Of a stretch of DNA of 64,000 nucleotides, positions 52,627 through 61,500 are shown in pieces. The stretch is from positions 3,360,001 to 3,424,000 of the forward strand of contig OZ220732.1 of NCBI GenBank assembly GCA_965116905.1, given 5' to 3'. Position 1 is the stretch's first letter, and every line of letters starts with the position of its first letter. The position numbers were made by a program, and so were the translations under genes. Source of the DNA: Longimicrobiales bacterium. GTDB taxonomy: Bacteria > Gemmatimonadota > Gemmatimonadetes > Longimicrobiales > Gaopeijiaceae. The notes beneath the pieces are model-generated. The model was not told the origin of the DNA and made no database searches. It worked only from the letters and a program-made list of their open reading frames with translations.

Positions 52627-53205
52627 TCAGGTGGGGCCGGCGGATTCCCGGTCGCGAAGGAGCAGCGCGGAAGCCACGCAGATGAACGATGCGACCCAAA
52701 CCCAGTAGCCGACGCGCAGGTGGCCCATACCGTCCCGCCAAAAGTGGGGCCAGCCGAACAGAGCCGACAACGCCCAGTAGAGGTTGAGCACCGCCGCACC
52801 TGCCACCAGCCGGAGCAGCCAGCGGCTCTCTGGAGGCCGCACGCCTCCCAGCTTCAGGAAGGTCAGCAGAATCAGAAGGTTGCTGAGCCCGCTGAGCACG
52901 GCGACGAGATCCTCCACGGAGGACATCGCAGTGACGAGGAGAATCGCCATGAAGGCGGCCTCCCAGCCAGGGACCCCTGGGCGGCGTTCAGCCGGCTCCT
53001 CGGCGCCCCCGGTATCGGCGGGTTGAACCGGCTCGGGGTCCGCGGTTTCCGTGAACGCCGGTGGCGGGGGTGGCGGGGGTGGCGGTAGGCGTGGGCCTAA
53101 CGGGGGTACAGCCGTCGCCGGCAACACGAACGACACCGCGAACATCGCCCATCCCGCAAGCAACAGGCGCCGCCAACTCCTGACCATGCGCTCCACCACT
53201 GACAT
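52627..53205 (-). CDS. Membrane protein, paralog of the TM domain of 53708-54373
   Basis: GGAGG RBS, WRRLLLAGWAMFAVSFVLPA ... GYWVWVASFICVA. Confidence 0.75.
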   Translation of the reverse strand: MSVVERMVRSWRRLLLAGWAMFAVSFVLPATAVPPLGPRLPPPPPPPPPAFTETADPEPVQPADTGGAEEPAERRPGVPGWEAAFMAILLVTAMSSVEDLVAVLSGLSNLLILLTFLKLGGVRPPESRWLLRLVAGAAVLNLYWALSALFGWPHFWRDGMGHLRVGYWVWVASFICVASALLLRDRESAGPT

Positions 53206-53282
53206 GGCGACCTCCCGCGAGACATGAAGTCCTCCCCGAAGGACTACGGCCTGCGGTAGGCGAACGCAACCCGGTTGCCTCC

Positions 53283-53326
53283 TTGTCCCGCCGGCCGCCT
53301 TCCTATACATTGTACCTCAAGGTACA
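53283..53326 (+). promoter_or_regulatory. padR promoter with an overlapping palindromic operator
   Basis: TTGTCC-17-TACATT, and TGTACC-TCAA-GGTACA (53311-53326) spanning the predicted start site. Confidence 0.6.
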
Positions 53327-53373
53327 TTGCAGATCAAGGCAACCGGCGCGGTCGAGGTGAAGAAGGGGTCAGG

Positions 53374-53715
53374 GTGAAGAAATCGATTTCCAAGGAACTC
53401 GTGGCCGCCTCGTCGCGGCCGATGGTGCTTTCGATCCTGGCGGGCGGCGAGAGCTACGGCTACGAGATTCTTAAGCAGGTGAAGCTGCTCTCGGACGGAG
53501 AGCTGCAGTGGTCGGACGGGATGCTGTACCCGGTCCTGCACCGGCTGGAACGCGACGGGCTGATCGCCGGCCGGTGGCAGCTGACCGAGGCGGGACGGCG
53601 GCGGAAGTACTACCGGCTCACCAGCCGCGGCAAGGGCCAGCTGGCGAGTGACCGGCAGAACTGGCGAGCCGTGCATGGGGCGCTCGAGATGTCCTGGGGA
53701 GGCAGCCATGTTTGA
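53374..53715 (+). CDS. PadR family transcriptional regulator
   Basis: VLSILAGGESYGYEI, GMLYPVLHRLE, RRKYYRLTSRG. Confidence 0.93.
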   Translation: MKKSISKELVAASSRPMVLSILAGGESYGYEILKQVKLLSDGELQWSDGMLYPVLHRLERDGLIAGRWQLTEAGRRRKYYRLTSRGKGQLASDRQNWRAVHGALEMSWGGSHV

Positions 53716-54373
53716 CCTGGATAGGGCGGTCGGGCGCTGGCGCAAGAAGCTGGAGAGCGAATCCTCGCTGTCGCCGTGCGAGGTGGACGAACTCGAGGAT
53801 CACCTCCGGGCCCACTTCGACCTGGAGATGGAACTGACTCCTGAGCAGACCCGCGTGACGGCGTTCGCGAACGCGAGCGGGGGGATGGGCGAACCGGCGG
53901 ACCTGTCGAAAGAGTTCGCGAGAGCGGGAAGCCCGAGGTGGCGGCAGCTGATCTACGCCGGATGGGCGTTGTTTGCGGTCTCGTTCGTGCTGCCGGCGTA
54001 CGCCGAGGGTCCGGGCCACGGTATCTTCTCCTTCGGGACCATGTCCGGTTGGGGCGCGTTCCAGAGCGCGGTATTCTGGGGCGACTGGCTGGGCAGGCTC
54101 AGTGCCGCGACCAACCTCATCATGCTGGGCAGCCTGCTCATCCTCCGCACCTCCCGGCGCGGGCGCGGCCGCTGGCTCCGATGGCTCGTGGGAGGCGCCG
54201 GTATCCTGAACCTCGCGTACTGGCCGATCTGGGTCGTGACTGAGGGTGACCCGGTGTCGGACCTGCTGCCCGGCTACTGGATCTGGGTGGCGTCGTTCCT
54301 TTGTGTGGCCGCCGGCATCTGGATGTCGGTGAAGGAGCGCACGTCGATCGGTTTCGTGCCGGAGACCTCCTGA
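53708..54373 (+). CDS. Membrane protein with an N-terminal permease-prefix (HAAS-like) domain
   Basis: EVDELEDHL...MGEPADLSKEF followed by ~4 TM helices. Overlaps padR. Confidence 0.8.
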   Translation: MFDLDRAVGRWRKKLESESSLSPCEVDELEDHLRAHFDLEMELTPEQTRVTAFANASGGMGEPADLSKEFARAGSPRWRQLIYAGWALFAVSFVLPAYAEGPGHGIFSFGTMSGWGAFQSAVFWGDWLGRLSAATNLIMLGSLLILRTSRRGRGRWLRWLVGGAGILNLAYWPIWVVTEGDPVSDLLPGYWIWVASFLCVAAGIWMSVKERTSIGFVPETS

Positions 54374-54377
54374 CGCG

Positions 54378-54401
54378 AAATGTAAAGTAAAGTTTACATT
54401 T
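54378..54401. promoter_or_regulatory. AT-rich perfect inverted repeat (putative operator) upstream of the S9 peptidase
   Basis: AAATGTAAA-GTAAAG-TTTACATTT. Downstream promoter TTGTCC-17-CATATT at 54432-54460. Confidence 0.55.
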
Positions 54402-54511
54402 TGTGATCCTGGGATGACACGTGACATCGTATTGTCCCTTGCGTAACGCTTGATCATATTGGCGGCGTTGAGACATATGGCTTGTGTCCTCCGGCCAAGG
54501 AGTCGACTCCG

Positions 54512-56896
54512 ATGTATGCCGCCTTTCCGTATTCGCCCACGACCAGGGCCGCCGCTCTGACGGCCACCCTCGCCGCCCTGACGGCCACCCTCGCCGCCCT
54601 CGCCGTCCTCGCCACCCTCGCCGTCCTCCCTGCCCTGCCCGCCGAGGCGCAGCAGCGCCCCTTCACGACTGAGGTCGCGCTCGACGTCAACCTGGTGGGC
54701 ATCGCGGCGGTCACGAGCGACGGCTCCCGCGTGGCCGCGACGGTGCGCACCCGGCGCGACCGCACCGATGTCGACCATCAGCGCTTCGGCGACCCCACGT
54801 ACATCTCGCCCACCTCGACCCGGCTGATGGTGATCGACACGCGGAGCGGCAACCGCACATGGGTGCACGAGGACCCGGCCCAGCTGCGCGGCTTCGCGTG
54901 GTCGCCCGACGGGGAGCGGCTGGCCTACTTCGCCGTCGAGGGCGGGGAGTACCGGCTCCGGATCTTCGACGCGCGCGCGGGCAGCGCCGAGACCGTGGCG
55001 CTCGGCACCGACAACGAGATCGCGTCGTCGTCGCCGCTCGTGTGGGCTCCCGATGCGTCCGGGGTGCTCCTCGGGCTGCGGCCGGCCGGGTGGGCCGAGG
55101 AGGCTCGCGCGGCCTTCGTAGCCCTGACCGAGGCGCCGGTGATCGTGCAGGATTCCCGCAACGACTTCCTGGCCTGGGACCGCGTGAGGAACATCGCCGC
55201 GCGGCAGATCATCGCGCTCGTCTCACTCGAAGACGGCGGCGGCGGCAGCAATGGCAGTGTGCGCGAAGTGCTGACCGGTGCGACGCCTTCCGGGCTGGGG
55301 TTCTCGGCCGACGGCTCGTACGTGACCTATTCGACGGCGACGCGCACGAAGACGTCGTACACGCGGCGGGACGGAACCGAGTACGCGCTGTACCGGCTCG
55401 ACCTTGCGGACGGCGGCGAGCCCGAGTTGCTGCGGGACACCGGCGAGGAGCGGATGGGTGTGACATGGAACGACGCGCGCGATGCGTTCGCGTACAGTGA
55501 GGACGGGTCGGTGTTTGTGCGCAGGCTGGATCAGGACGAGGCGGTCGACGTGACGGCGGCGCACCGGGGGGACGCGGAAGAGGCCGGTGGGGCCGACGCC
55601 GCTGCCGACGCCGACGCCGACGCCGACTCGGACTCCGCCGCCGACTCCGCCCGCATCCGCTTCTCCGTTCAGCGCTGGAGCCCGTCCGGGGACGCGCTGC
55701 TGCTCGCCTCGCAGGACGCCTGGCACCTGCTGGAGCCGGGCACGGGCCCCGCCAGCAACAACCTCCGCACCCTCCTCGAACTCGAGGACGACGAAGACGC
55801 CCGGCCCCGCCGCCAGGTTCAGGGCTGGCGCGACGACGGGCGCCACGTCCACTTTAGCTACTCCGCCCGCGACCGCTGGCAGCGCGGCCTGAAGCGCCTC
55901 GACACCGCCACCGGCGCCATCGAGACCCTGGTCCTGGACAGCAACCTCTACCGCTCCTGGAACGTCTCGGACGACGGCGGAACGGTCGTTTACACCATGT
56001 CCGACGGCGACCGCCCCGACGAGATCCACGTCGCGCGCGGCGACTTCCCGGCGGCTCGCCGGCTCACGACCTCCAACCCGGGGCTCGACGACGTCGCGCT
56101 CACCCGCAGCGAGCTCGTCGAGTACCTGGACGTCGACGGCAACACCCTCTACGGCATCCTCTACTACCCCGCCAACTACGAGCCCGGGCGCAAGTACCCG
56201 CTCGTGGCCGAGATCTACGAGCAGTTCTTCGACAACGGCTTCAACGAGAACATGAACCTGATCACCGCGCAGGGGTGGTTCGGGTTCCGCCCGTCGGTGC
56301 GCTTCGAGGAGGGATTTCCCGGCGAGGCGTGGCTGAAGGCCGTGCCCAACGCGATCAACAAGATCATCGAGCGGGGCCTCGTCGACCCCGACAGGGTGGG
56401 CGTCTACGGGCAGAGCTACGGGGGCTACGCGACCAACCTGCTGATCACCCAGACCGACCGTTTCGCGGCGGCGGCGAACGTGTCCGGCAAGGTGAACATC
56501 ATCTCGTTCCTGGGCGACTCGCCCAAGATCACGACGCGCAACTACGCGGCCGCCGAGGTCGGGCAGGACCGGATCGGCGCCACGCTCTGGGAGCAGCCGC
56601 ACAAGTATATCGAGCACTCGGCGGTCATGTTCGCGGACCGGATCGAGACGCCGCTGCTCATGCTTTCGGGCGAGGGCGACTGGAACGTGCCGGCCACCAA
56701 CCAGCGCGAGATGTACTACGCGCTCCGCCGGCTGGGGAAGGAGGTCGTGTGGGTGCACTACACCGCGGGCGGTCACGGAGCCGGGCGCGCCAGCACGGCG
56801 GCCGATTTCGCGGATCATTGGCAGCGCATGTTCGAGTGGTTTGCCGAGCACTTTGTTGATGAGGAGGAGAGCAGAGCGGCGACATCGGACCGGTGA
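54512..56896 (+). CDS. Secreted S9 (prolyl oligopeptidase-family) peptidase
   Basis: AAGGAG RBS, signal peptide with ATLAALT repeats, propeller WSPDG motifs, triad GQSYGG / GEGD / GGHG. Confidence 0.9.
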   Translation: MYAAFPYSPTTRAAALTATLAALTATLAALAVLATLAVLPALPAEAQQRPFTTEVALDVNLVGIAAVTSDGSRVAATVRTRRDRTDVDHQRFGDPTYISPTSTRLMVIDTRSGNRTWVHEDPAQLRGFAWSPDGERLAYFAVEGGEYRLRIFDARAGSAETVALGTDNEIASSSPLVWAPDASGVLLGLRPAGWAEEARAAFVALTEAPVIVQDSRNDFLAWDRVRNIAARQIIALVSLEDGGGGSNGSVREVLTGATPSGLGFSADGSYVTYSTATRTKTSYTRRDGTEYALYRLDLADGGEPELLRDTGEERMGVTWNDARDAFAYSEDGSVFVRRLDQDEAVDVTAAHRGDAEEAGGADAAADADADADSDSAADSARIRFSVQRWSPSGDALLLASQDAWHLLEPGTGPASNNLRTLLELEDDEDARPRRQVQGWRDDGRHVHFSYSARDRWQRGLKRLDTATGAIETLVLDSNLYRSWNVSDDGGTVVYTMSDGDRPDEIHVARGDFPAARRLTTSNPGLDDVALTRSELVEYLDVDGNTLYGILYYPANYEPGRKYPLVAEIYEQFFDNGFNENMNLITAQGWFGFRPSVRFEEGFPGEAWLKAVPNAINKIIERGLVDPDRVGVYGQSYGGYATNLLITQTDRFAAAANVSGKVNIISFLGDSPKITTRNYAAAEVGQDRIGATLWEQPHKYIEHSAVMFADRIETPLLMLSGEGDWNVPATNQREMYYALRRLGKEVVWVHYTAGGHGAGRASTAADFADHWQRMFEWFAEHFVDEEESRAATSDR

Positions 56897-56963
56897 CCGA
56901 TGCCGCAACGGGGTGGTGGTGAGGGGCGTGCGGGAGGAGGCAGGAGATAGCGGGGGATCCAAA

Positions 56964-57956
56964 ATGAACCACGGCATGTTCGCTGTCTCGGGGCCGAGCA
57001 ACGGCCTCGCCGATCATTACATAGACGCGATTGCCGCCGCACTCGACAAGAGCCGGCGCCCGGCTACGCTGCGCGCCTACGAGCGCGCCTGGGAGCGCTT
57101 CAGGACCTGGGCGGTGTCGGAGGGGCTGGAGCCGCTCCCCGCCGATCCGCTGACCGTGGCGGCCTATCTGGCGTACAGGGCGGGCATCGGGCGTTCCCCT
57201 TCCACGCTGGCGCTGGACCGCAAGGCCATCAGCTACCACCACGGCAAGCTGGGGTATCCGTCGCCCACGGCGTCCGAGGGGGTCAAGGCCACGCTGGCGG
57301 GGCTCCGCAACCAGGCGGCGGAAGACGGCCGCGGCGACCCCAGGCAGGCGCGTGCGCTGACCGGGAGCGCGCTCCGGGCGATCGAGCGGACCGCGCACCG
57401 GCGGCGGCGGGGGCCCACGGGCCGGACGGAATCGCTCGGGGCCGCGAACCACCGGGGCGACGTGGACATCGCGCTGGCCTCGGTCATGCGGGACGCCCTG
57501 CTCCGAAGGGGCGAAGCCGCGCGGCTCCGCTGGGGCGAGGTGGAGTTCTGGTCGGACGGTTCGGCCCGCGTCGTCATCCGGCAGTCGAAGACCAGCAAAG
57601 CCTCTGCCGTCCTGTACGTCGGCACGCGCGCCGCGAAGGCGCTGCGGCACATCCGTCCGGCCGACGCCGACCCGGGCGACCGCGTCTTCGGTCTGCGCTC
57701 CGGCCGCTCGATCGCGAACCGGATCGCGGCCATGGCAAGGGCGGCGGGGCTGGGCGAGGGGTTCAGCGGGCACTCGCCGCGCATCGGCATGGCCCAGGAC
57801 CTCACGGCCGCAGGGGTCGGCCTGCCCGCGCTGATGGTGGCCGGACGCTGGAAGTCGGAGCGCATGCCGGCGTACTACAGCCGCGCGCAATCGGCCGGCC
57901 GCGGGGCCGTGGCGAACTTCTACGGGAACGGCGCGGCGCCGGGAGGCGGGCGCTGA
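56964..57956 (+). CDS. Cre-like tyrosine recombinase
   Basis: Core-binding domain (TLRAYERAW..F..W, LPADPLTVAAYL, RQARAL) and catalytic residues R (LLRR), K (SKT), SGHSPRIGMAQD, W (AGRWKS), Y (MPAYY). Trp in place of the second His is as in Cre. Confidence 0.9.
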   Translation: MNHGMFAVSGPSNGLADHYIDAIAAALDKSRRPATLRAYERAWERFRTWAVSEGLEPLPADPLTVAAYLAYRAGIGRSPSTLALDRKAISYHHGKLGYPSPTASEGVKATLAGLRNQAAEDGRGDPRQARALTGSALRAIERTAHRRRRGPTGRTESLGAANHRGDVDIALASVMRDALLRRGEAARLRWGEVEFWSDGSARVVIRQSKTSKASAVLYVGTRAAKALRHIRPADADPGDRVFGLRSGRSIANRIAAMARAAGLGEGFSGHSPRIGMAQDLTAAGVGLPALMVAGRWKSERMPAYYSRAQSAGRGAVANFYGNGAAPGGGR

Positions 57957-57961
57957 CGGAC

Positions 57962-57995
57962 CTCTAAGTTAGCTAATTATCTAGCTACGTTAGAG
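57962..57995. other. Candidate lox-type recombination site (13-bp arms + 8-bp asymmetric spacer)
   Basis: CTCTAAGTTAGCT-AATTATCT-AGCTACGTTAGAG. Arms are 11/13 complementary, the site is an AT-rich island, and it starts 5 bp after the recombinase stop. Confidence 0.65.
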
Positions 57996-58430
57996 ATTGA
58001 GGCCCCTCAGGTAGCCGCGGACTTCCGCGAGGCCTTGACGCAGGGTCTGCTGTTGCCTTCGCAGTGCGGCCTGCTGCCTTCGGAGTTCGTCCTGTTCTCT
58101 CTGGAGTTGGGCCTGTTCCCGGCGGAGGTTGGTCTGTTCCCGGCGGAGTTCGGTCTGTTCCCTCTGGAGGCCGGCGACCTTGTAGCCGATGTCGGCGACC
58201 TCGTGGCGGAGGTCGGAGCGTCGACGCAGTTCCCATGCCGATCGCGGATGGTAGGTGGATGATCTCATCACAAGGCAATCACTTCGCCCGGTGACCTGGC
58301 TTGGGCTCCCCGCCCACCTCTCCCAACCCACTCGGCGCAGTTCTTCGACTTTGTACCGCAAGACCGCCATCCCTGCCAAGGCAGTTCCCACACACGTTCC
58401 CGCTAGAACAGCGAATTGCCACCAATCCAT
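57990..58430 (-). CDS. Small membrane-anchored coiled-coil protein
   Basis: GGAGG RBS, N-terminal TM MDWWQFAVLAGTCVGTALAGMAVL, heptad repeats LQREQTE/LRREQTN/LRREQAQ/LQREQDE (21-bp units). Confidence 0.7.
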   Translation of the reverse strand: MDWWQFAVLAGTCVGTALAGMAVLRYKVEELRRVGWERWAGSPSQVTGRSDCLVMRSSTYHPRSAWELRRRSDLRHEVADIGYKVAGLQREQTELRREQTNLRREQAQLQREQDELRRQQAALRRQQQTLRQGLAEVRGYLRGLNL

Positions 58431-58520
58431 AACCGCCTCCCCCCCACTTTGGCCCCTCTCCCCGTGCCGGTACTCGGTCCCGACCCACCGAAGGTACCGA
58501 CGAACCACTTTCTTTGCGAG

Positions 58521-61500
58521 GTGGGGACGGTAACGGTGGAGAACATGGGCCTCGCGGGCGTGACTGTCATGCTTTCCGGCATGGCTGATGGTCAGACCAC
58601 GACCGACGACAGCGGCCAGTTCTCCTTCACGGGACTGCGCGCCGGCACGTATTCGGTCGAGATCTCCGGCTTCGACACCAACGAAGTCAGCTTCTCGAGC
58701 ACCTCCGGTGCCGCGACGGTCGGCGTCGGCGAGTCCAAGGTCGTCAGCTTCGACGGCACGTATCTCCGCACCGCGGGGATCCAGGGCCAGGTAAGCGTGG
58801 ACGGCGAGGGCCTCGGCGGCGTGACGGTGACGCTGGTGGGCGAAGGCGAAGAGCGGACCGACGTGACGGATGCGGGCGGGCTCTACGCGTTCTCGGCGCT
58901 TAAGAGCGGCACCTACCAGGTCGCGATCACGAACCCGGATCCCGAGGACTACGAGTTCACGACCACGTCGAAGAGCGCGACGGTCGCGACGGGCGAGACC
59001 GCCAACGTGCCGTTCGAAGGCACGCTGCTGCGGACGGCCGGTATCGCGGGCCGGGTCAGTCTCGACGACGGCATGGGCCTTGACGGCGTGACGGTTACGC
59101 TCGCGGGCGCAGCCGAGGCGACGGCGACGACGTCGAACGGCGGTCAGTACGCTTTTGCCGGGCTGGCGGCTGGCACCTACGTGCTCAGCATCGAGAACCC
59201 GGACGCCAACGCGTACAGCTTCGCCGAAGACGAGATGATGAAGACGGTCATGCTGGAAGACGACCAGTCTGCGATCGTCAACTTCAGCGGGACGCACACC
59301 CGCACCGCCTCGGTGTCGGGCATGCTGTTCGTCGACGAAGTGATGCAGGACAAGATGTACACCGACGGCGAGCCCACGATCGTCGCAGCGCTGGGACCCT
59401 GGTTGGGGTCGCTGGCCGACGATGACCCGGCGAAGATGGCCGTGCTCGGAGCGCTGGCCAAGGCGACGGTGAAGCTGCGCGGCCCGGATCTCAGCGACGA
59501 GCATGACATTCCCATCATGGCGGACGGCAGCTTCACGACGGGCCCGGCGCTGATGGCCGGTTCGTACCAGGTCGAGTTGCCGGTCAACGACGACGACGTG
59601 GCGGCGGGACTCGCCGCGGCAGGCGTCGCGTTTGTGGGCGAGTCGATGGTGGTCAACGTCGAGGCTGGCGGCAACGCGACGGTCAACTTCCCGTTCCGGA
59701 TCACGATGCAGACGGTGGTGACCGGTGCCCGCATGGGCGGCGGCGGCCACTTCGGTCTCCCGGTCGAGGGCGTGGAGCTGGCGCTGTACGCCCGGGCCGA
59801 CGGCACCGACATGCTGGGCGAGGCCACGACCGACGAGATGGGCATGGCCACGTTCAACTTCGCGCGCGCGGACAACACGGGTCCCGTGGGCAACGACAAC
59901 ATCGTATTCGTGAAGGCCATGGATTCGGGGCACCCGGCGCTGCACGTGAGCGGCAACGAGTTCGTCGAGATCAACCATGCGTCGACGGCGCGTCTCTACG
60001 CGGCGGACGCCGAGAAGGAAGTGGCGACGCTGATCAACGTGGCGGTCGCGTTCGACTTCTGGGTCAAGAGCAACGAGATGGCCCGCAACGGCGACGAGGG
60101 CCTCGGCGGCTGGAGCACCGAGGTCTACTTGGGCGATCCGGAGGACGAGGACAACATGCCTCTGATGCTTCCGAATCCCATGGATCCCACGATGATGGTC
60201 AACGCCACCCTGCCCACGGACACCACGAAGGGCGACGATCTGGGTAAGAGCACGTTCGCGTACGTGGCCGACCCGACGATGGTGGATTATCCCGTGACGT
60301 TCACGGTGATGGCGGCCATGGACGACGAGGCCGACTGTAAGGGATCGGGCCTGATGGCGGTATCCGATCAGCCCGACCAGTGCGAGATGTGGGAGCAGAG
60401 CGACGCGCTCACGCACACGCACACGGGGCTTGACCTTCCGCCGGGCAAGGACGACGACATGCTCGACCTCGGCCCCATCCGGATCACGTACACGACGCAG
60501 ACCGTCTACGTCGGCGCGCACCGTGAGCTGGACGACCGGACCGGGTTTACCGACTTCATCGGTGTCGGAGACGGCGATGCCCGTCCCATGGGCACCGGCG
60601 TGGACGAGATCGAGGTCAGCCTGATGGTCGCGGACAGCAGAGGGCGTCTCAGAGCCTTCGAGTATGACCACGACATGGACGAGGACACGGAGGATGTCGA
60701 AGCGACGGCGACCGTCGGCGCTTCGGGCATGGTGTCATTCGCCCACATTCCCGCCGATACCGAATTCACGGTCGTGGCCGATGCGGGCAGCGACATGATG
60801 ATCGTTCCCGACGATCGATCCACGAGGGAGATCGACGCGTTCGGCGATCAGCTGGACGACTATCCCGACGGCAAGATGGTCGGCGCCTTCGGTGACGGCA
60901 GCGGCGCGCGTGCGGACGTCTGGATCTGCCCGCTGTGGAGACTCGACAACGACGATCCCAACGAGAACTGCTCGACCTTCGCCTACAAGTGGGCGACCGG
61001 GACGATCTCGGGCGATATCGACGGTCTCCGCAAGGGCGACAAGGCGTCCGTGATCCTGACGCCGGTCAACAGTAACGAAGACTACGAGGACGACCTCGCG
61101 GACGACGACGAGATCACCGCCGGGACGGGCGGAGCGGCCAGCTACTCCTTCACGGGTGTTGCGGACGGCCGTTACATGGTCACGCTCGAAGCCAAAGCAG
61201 GAAGCTGGGAAGAGGACGAGACCAAAGTGCTCTCCGTCATGCACGACGAGGAAAGCGAAGACGAGGAATACACCGGCGCGACTGCGGGCGAGGACCTGTC
61301 CGCCAGCGACCTGCGCGGCGTGATCCGTGGCCGGATCGCGAACGACTCGAATGGCCGAGCGGGCCTGACGAGCGACGAGTCCAGGGCCGGCGTCGTGGTG
61401 GAGATCTACTCGGCGAAGAAGGTCGGTGGATCAGGCACCACCAAGAACAACTACGTGCCCGACGAAGCCGTGACGGACGCGGACGGCGACGAGGTGATGG

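Noticed and set aside
50567..52741. N-terminal ~725 aa of the 1149-aa minus-strand ORF
   Set aside because: It is a shadow of the MBL-LTD and DUF3006 genes. The real lipoprotein starts at 50566.
54391..54418. Chromosomal dif site (minus-strand AAATGTAAACT resembles a XerD arm)
   Set aside because: The XerC arm and spacer length fit poorly. The local perfect palindrome explains the sequence better.
58416..58520. N-terminal 35 aa of the 1515-aa ORF as the real start
   Set aside because: The TTG start has no RBS, no signal peptide and no similarity to the paralog, and it overlaps the upstream region of the divergent small gene.
58431..60671. 893-aa minus-strand ORF
   Set aside because: It is an antisense shadow of the plus-strand gene. 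Only the last 146 aa (from ATG 58430, with a GGAGG RBS) look like a real protein.
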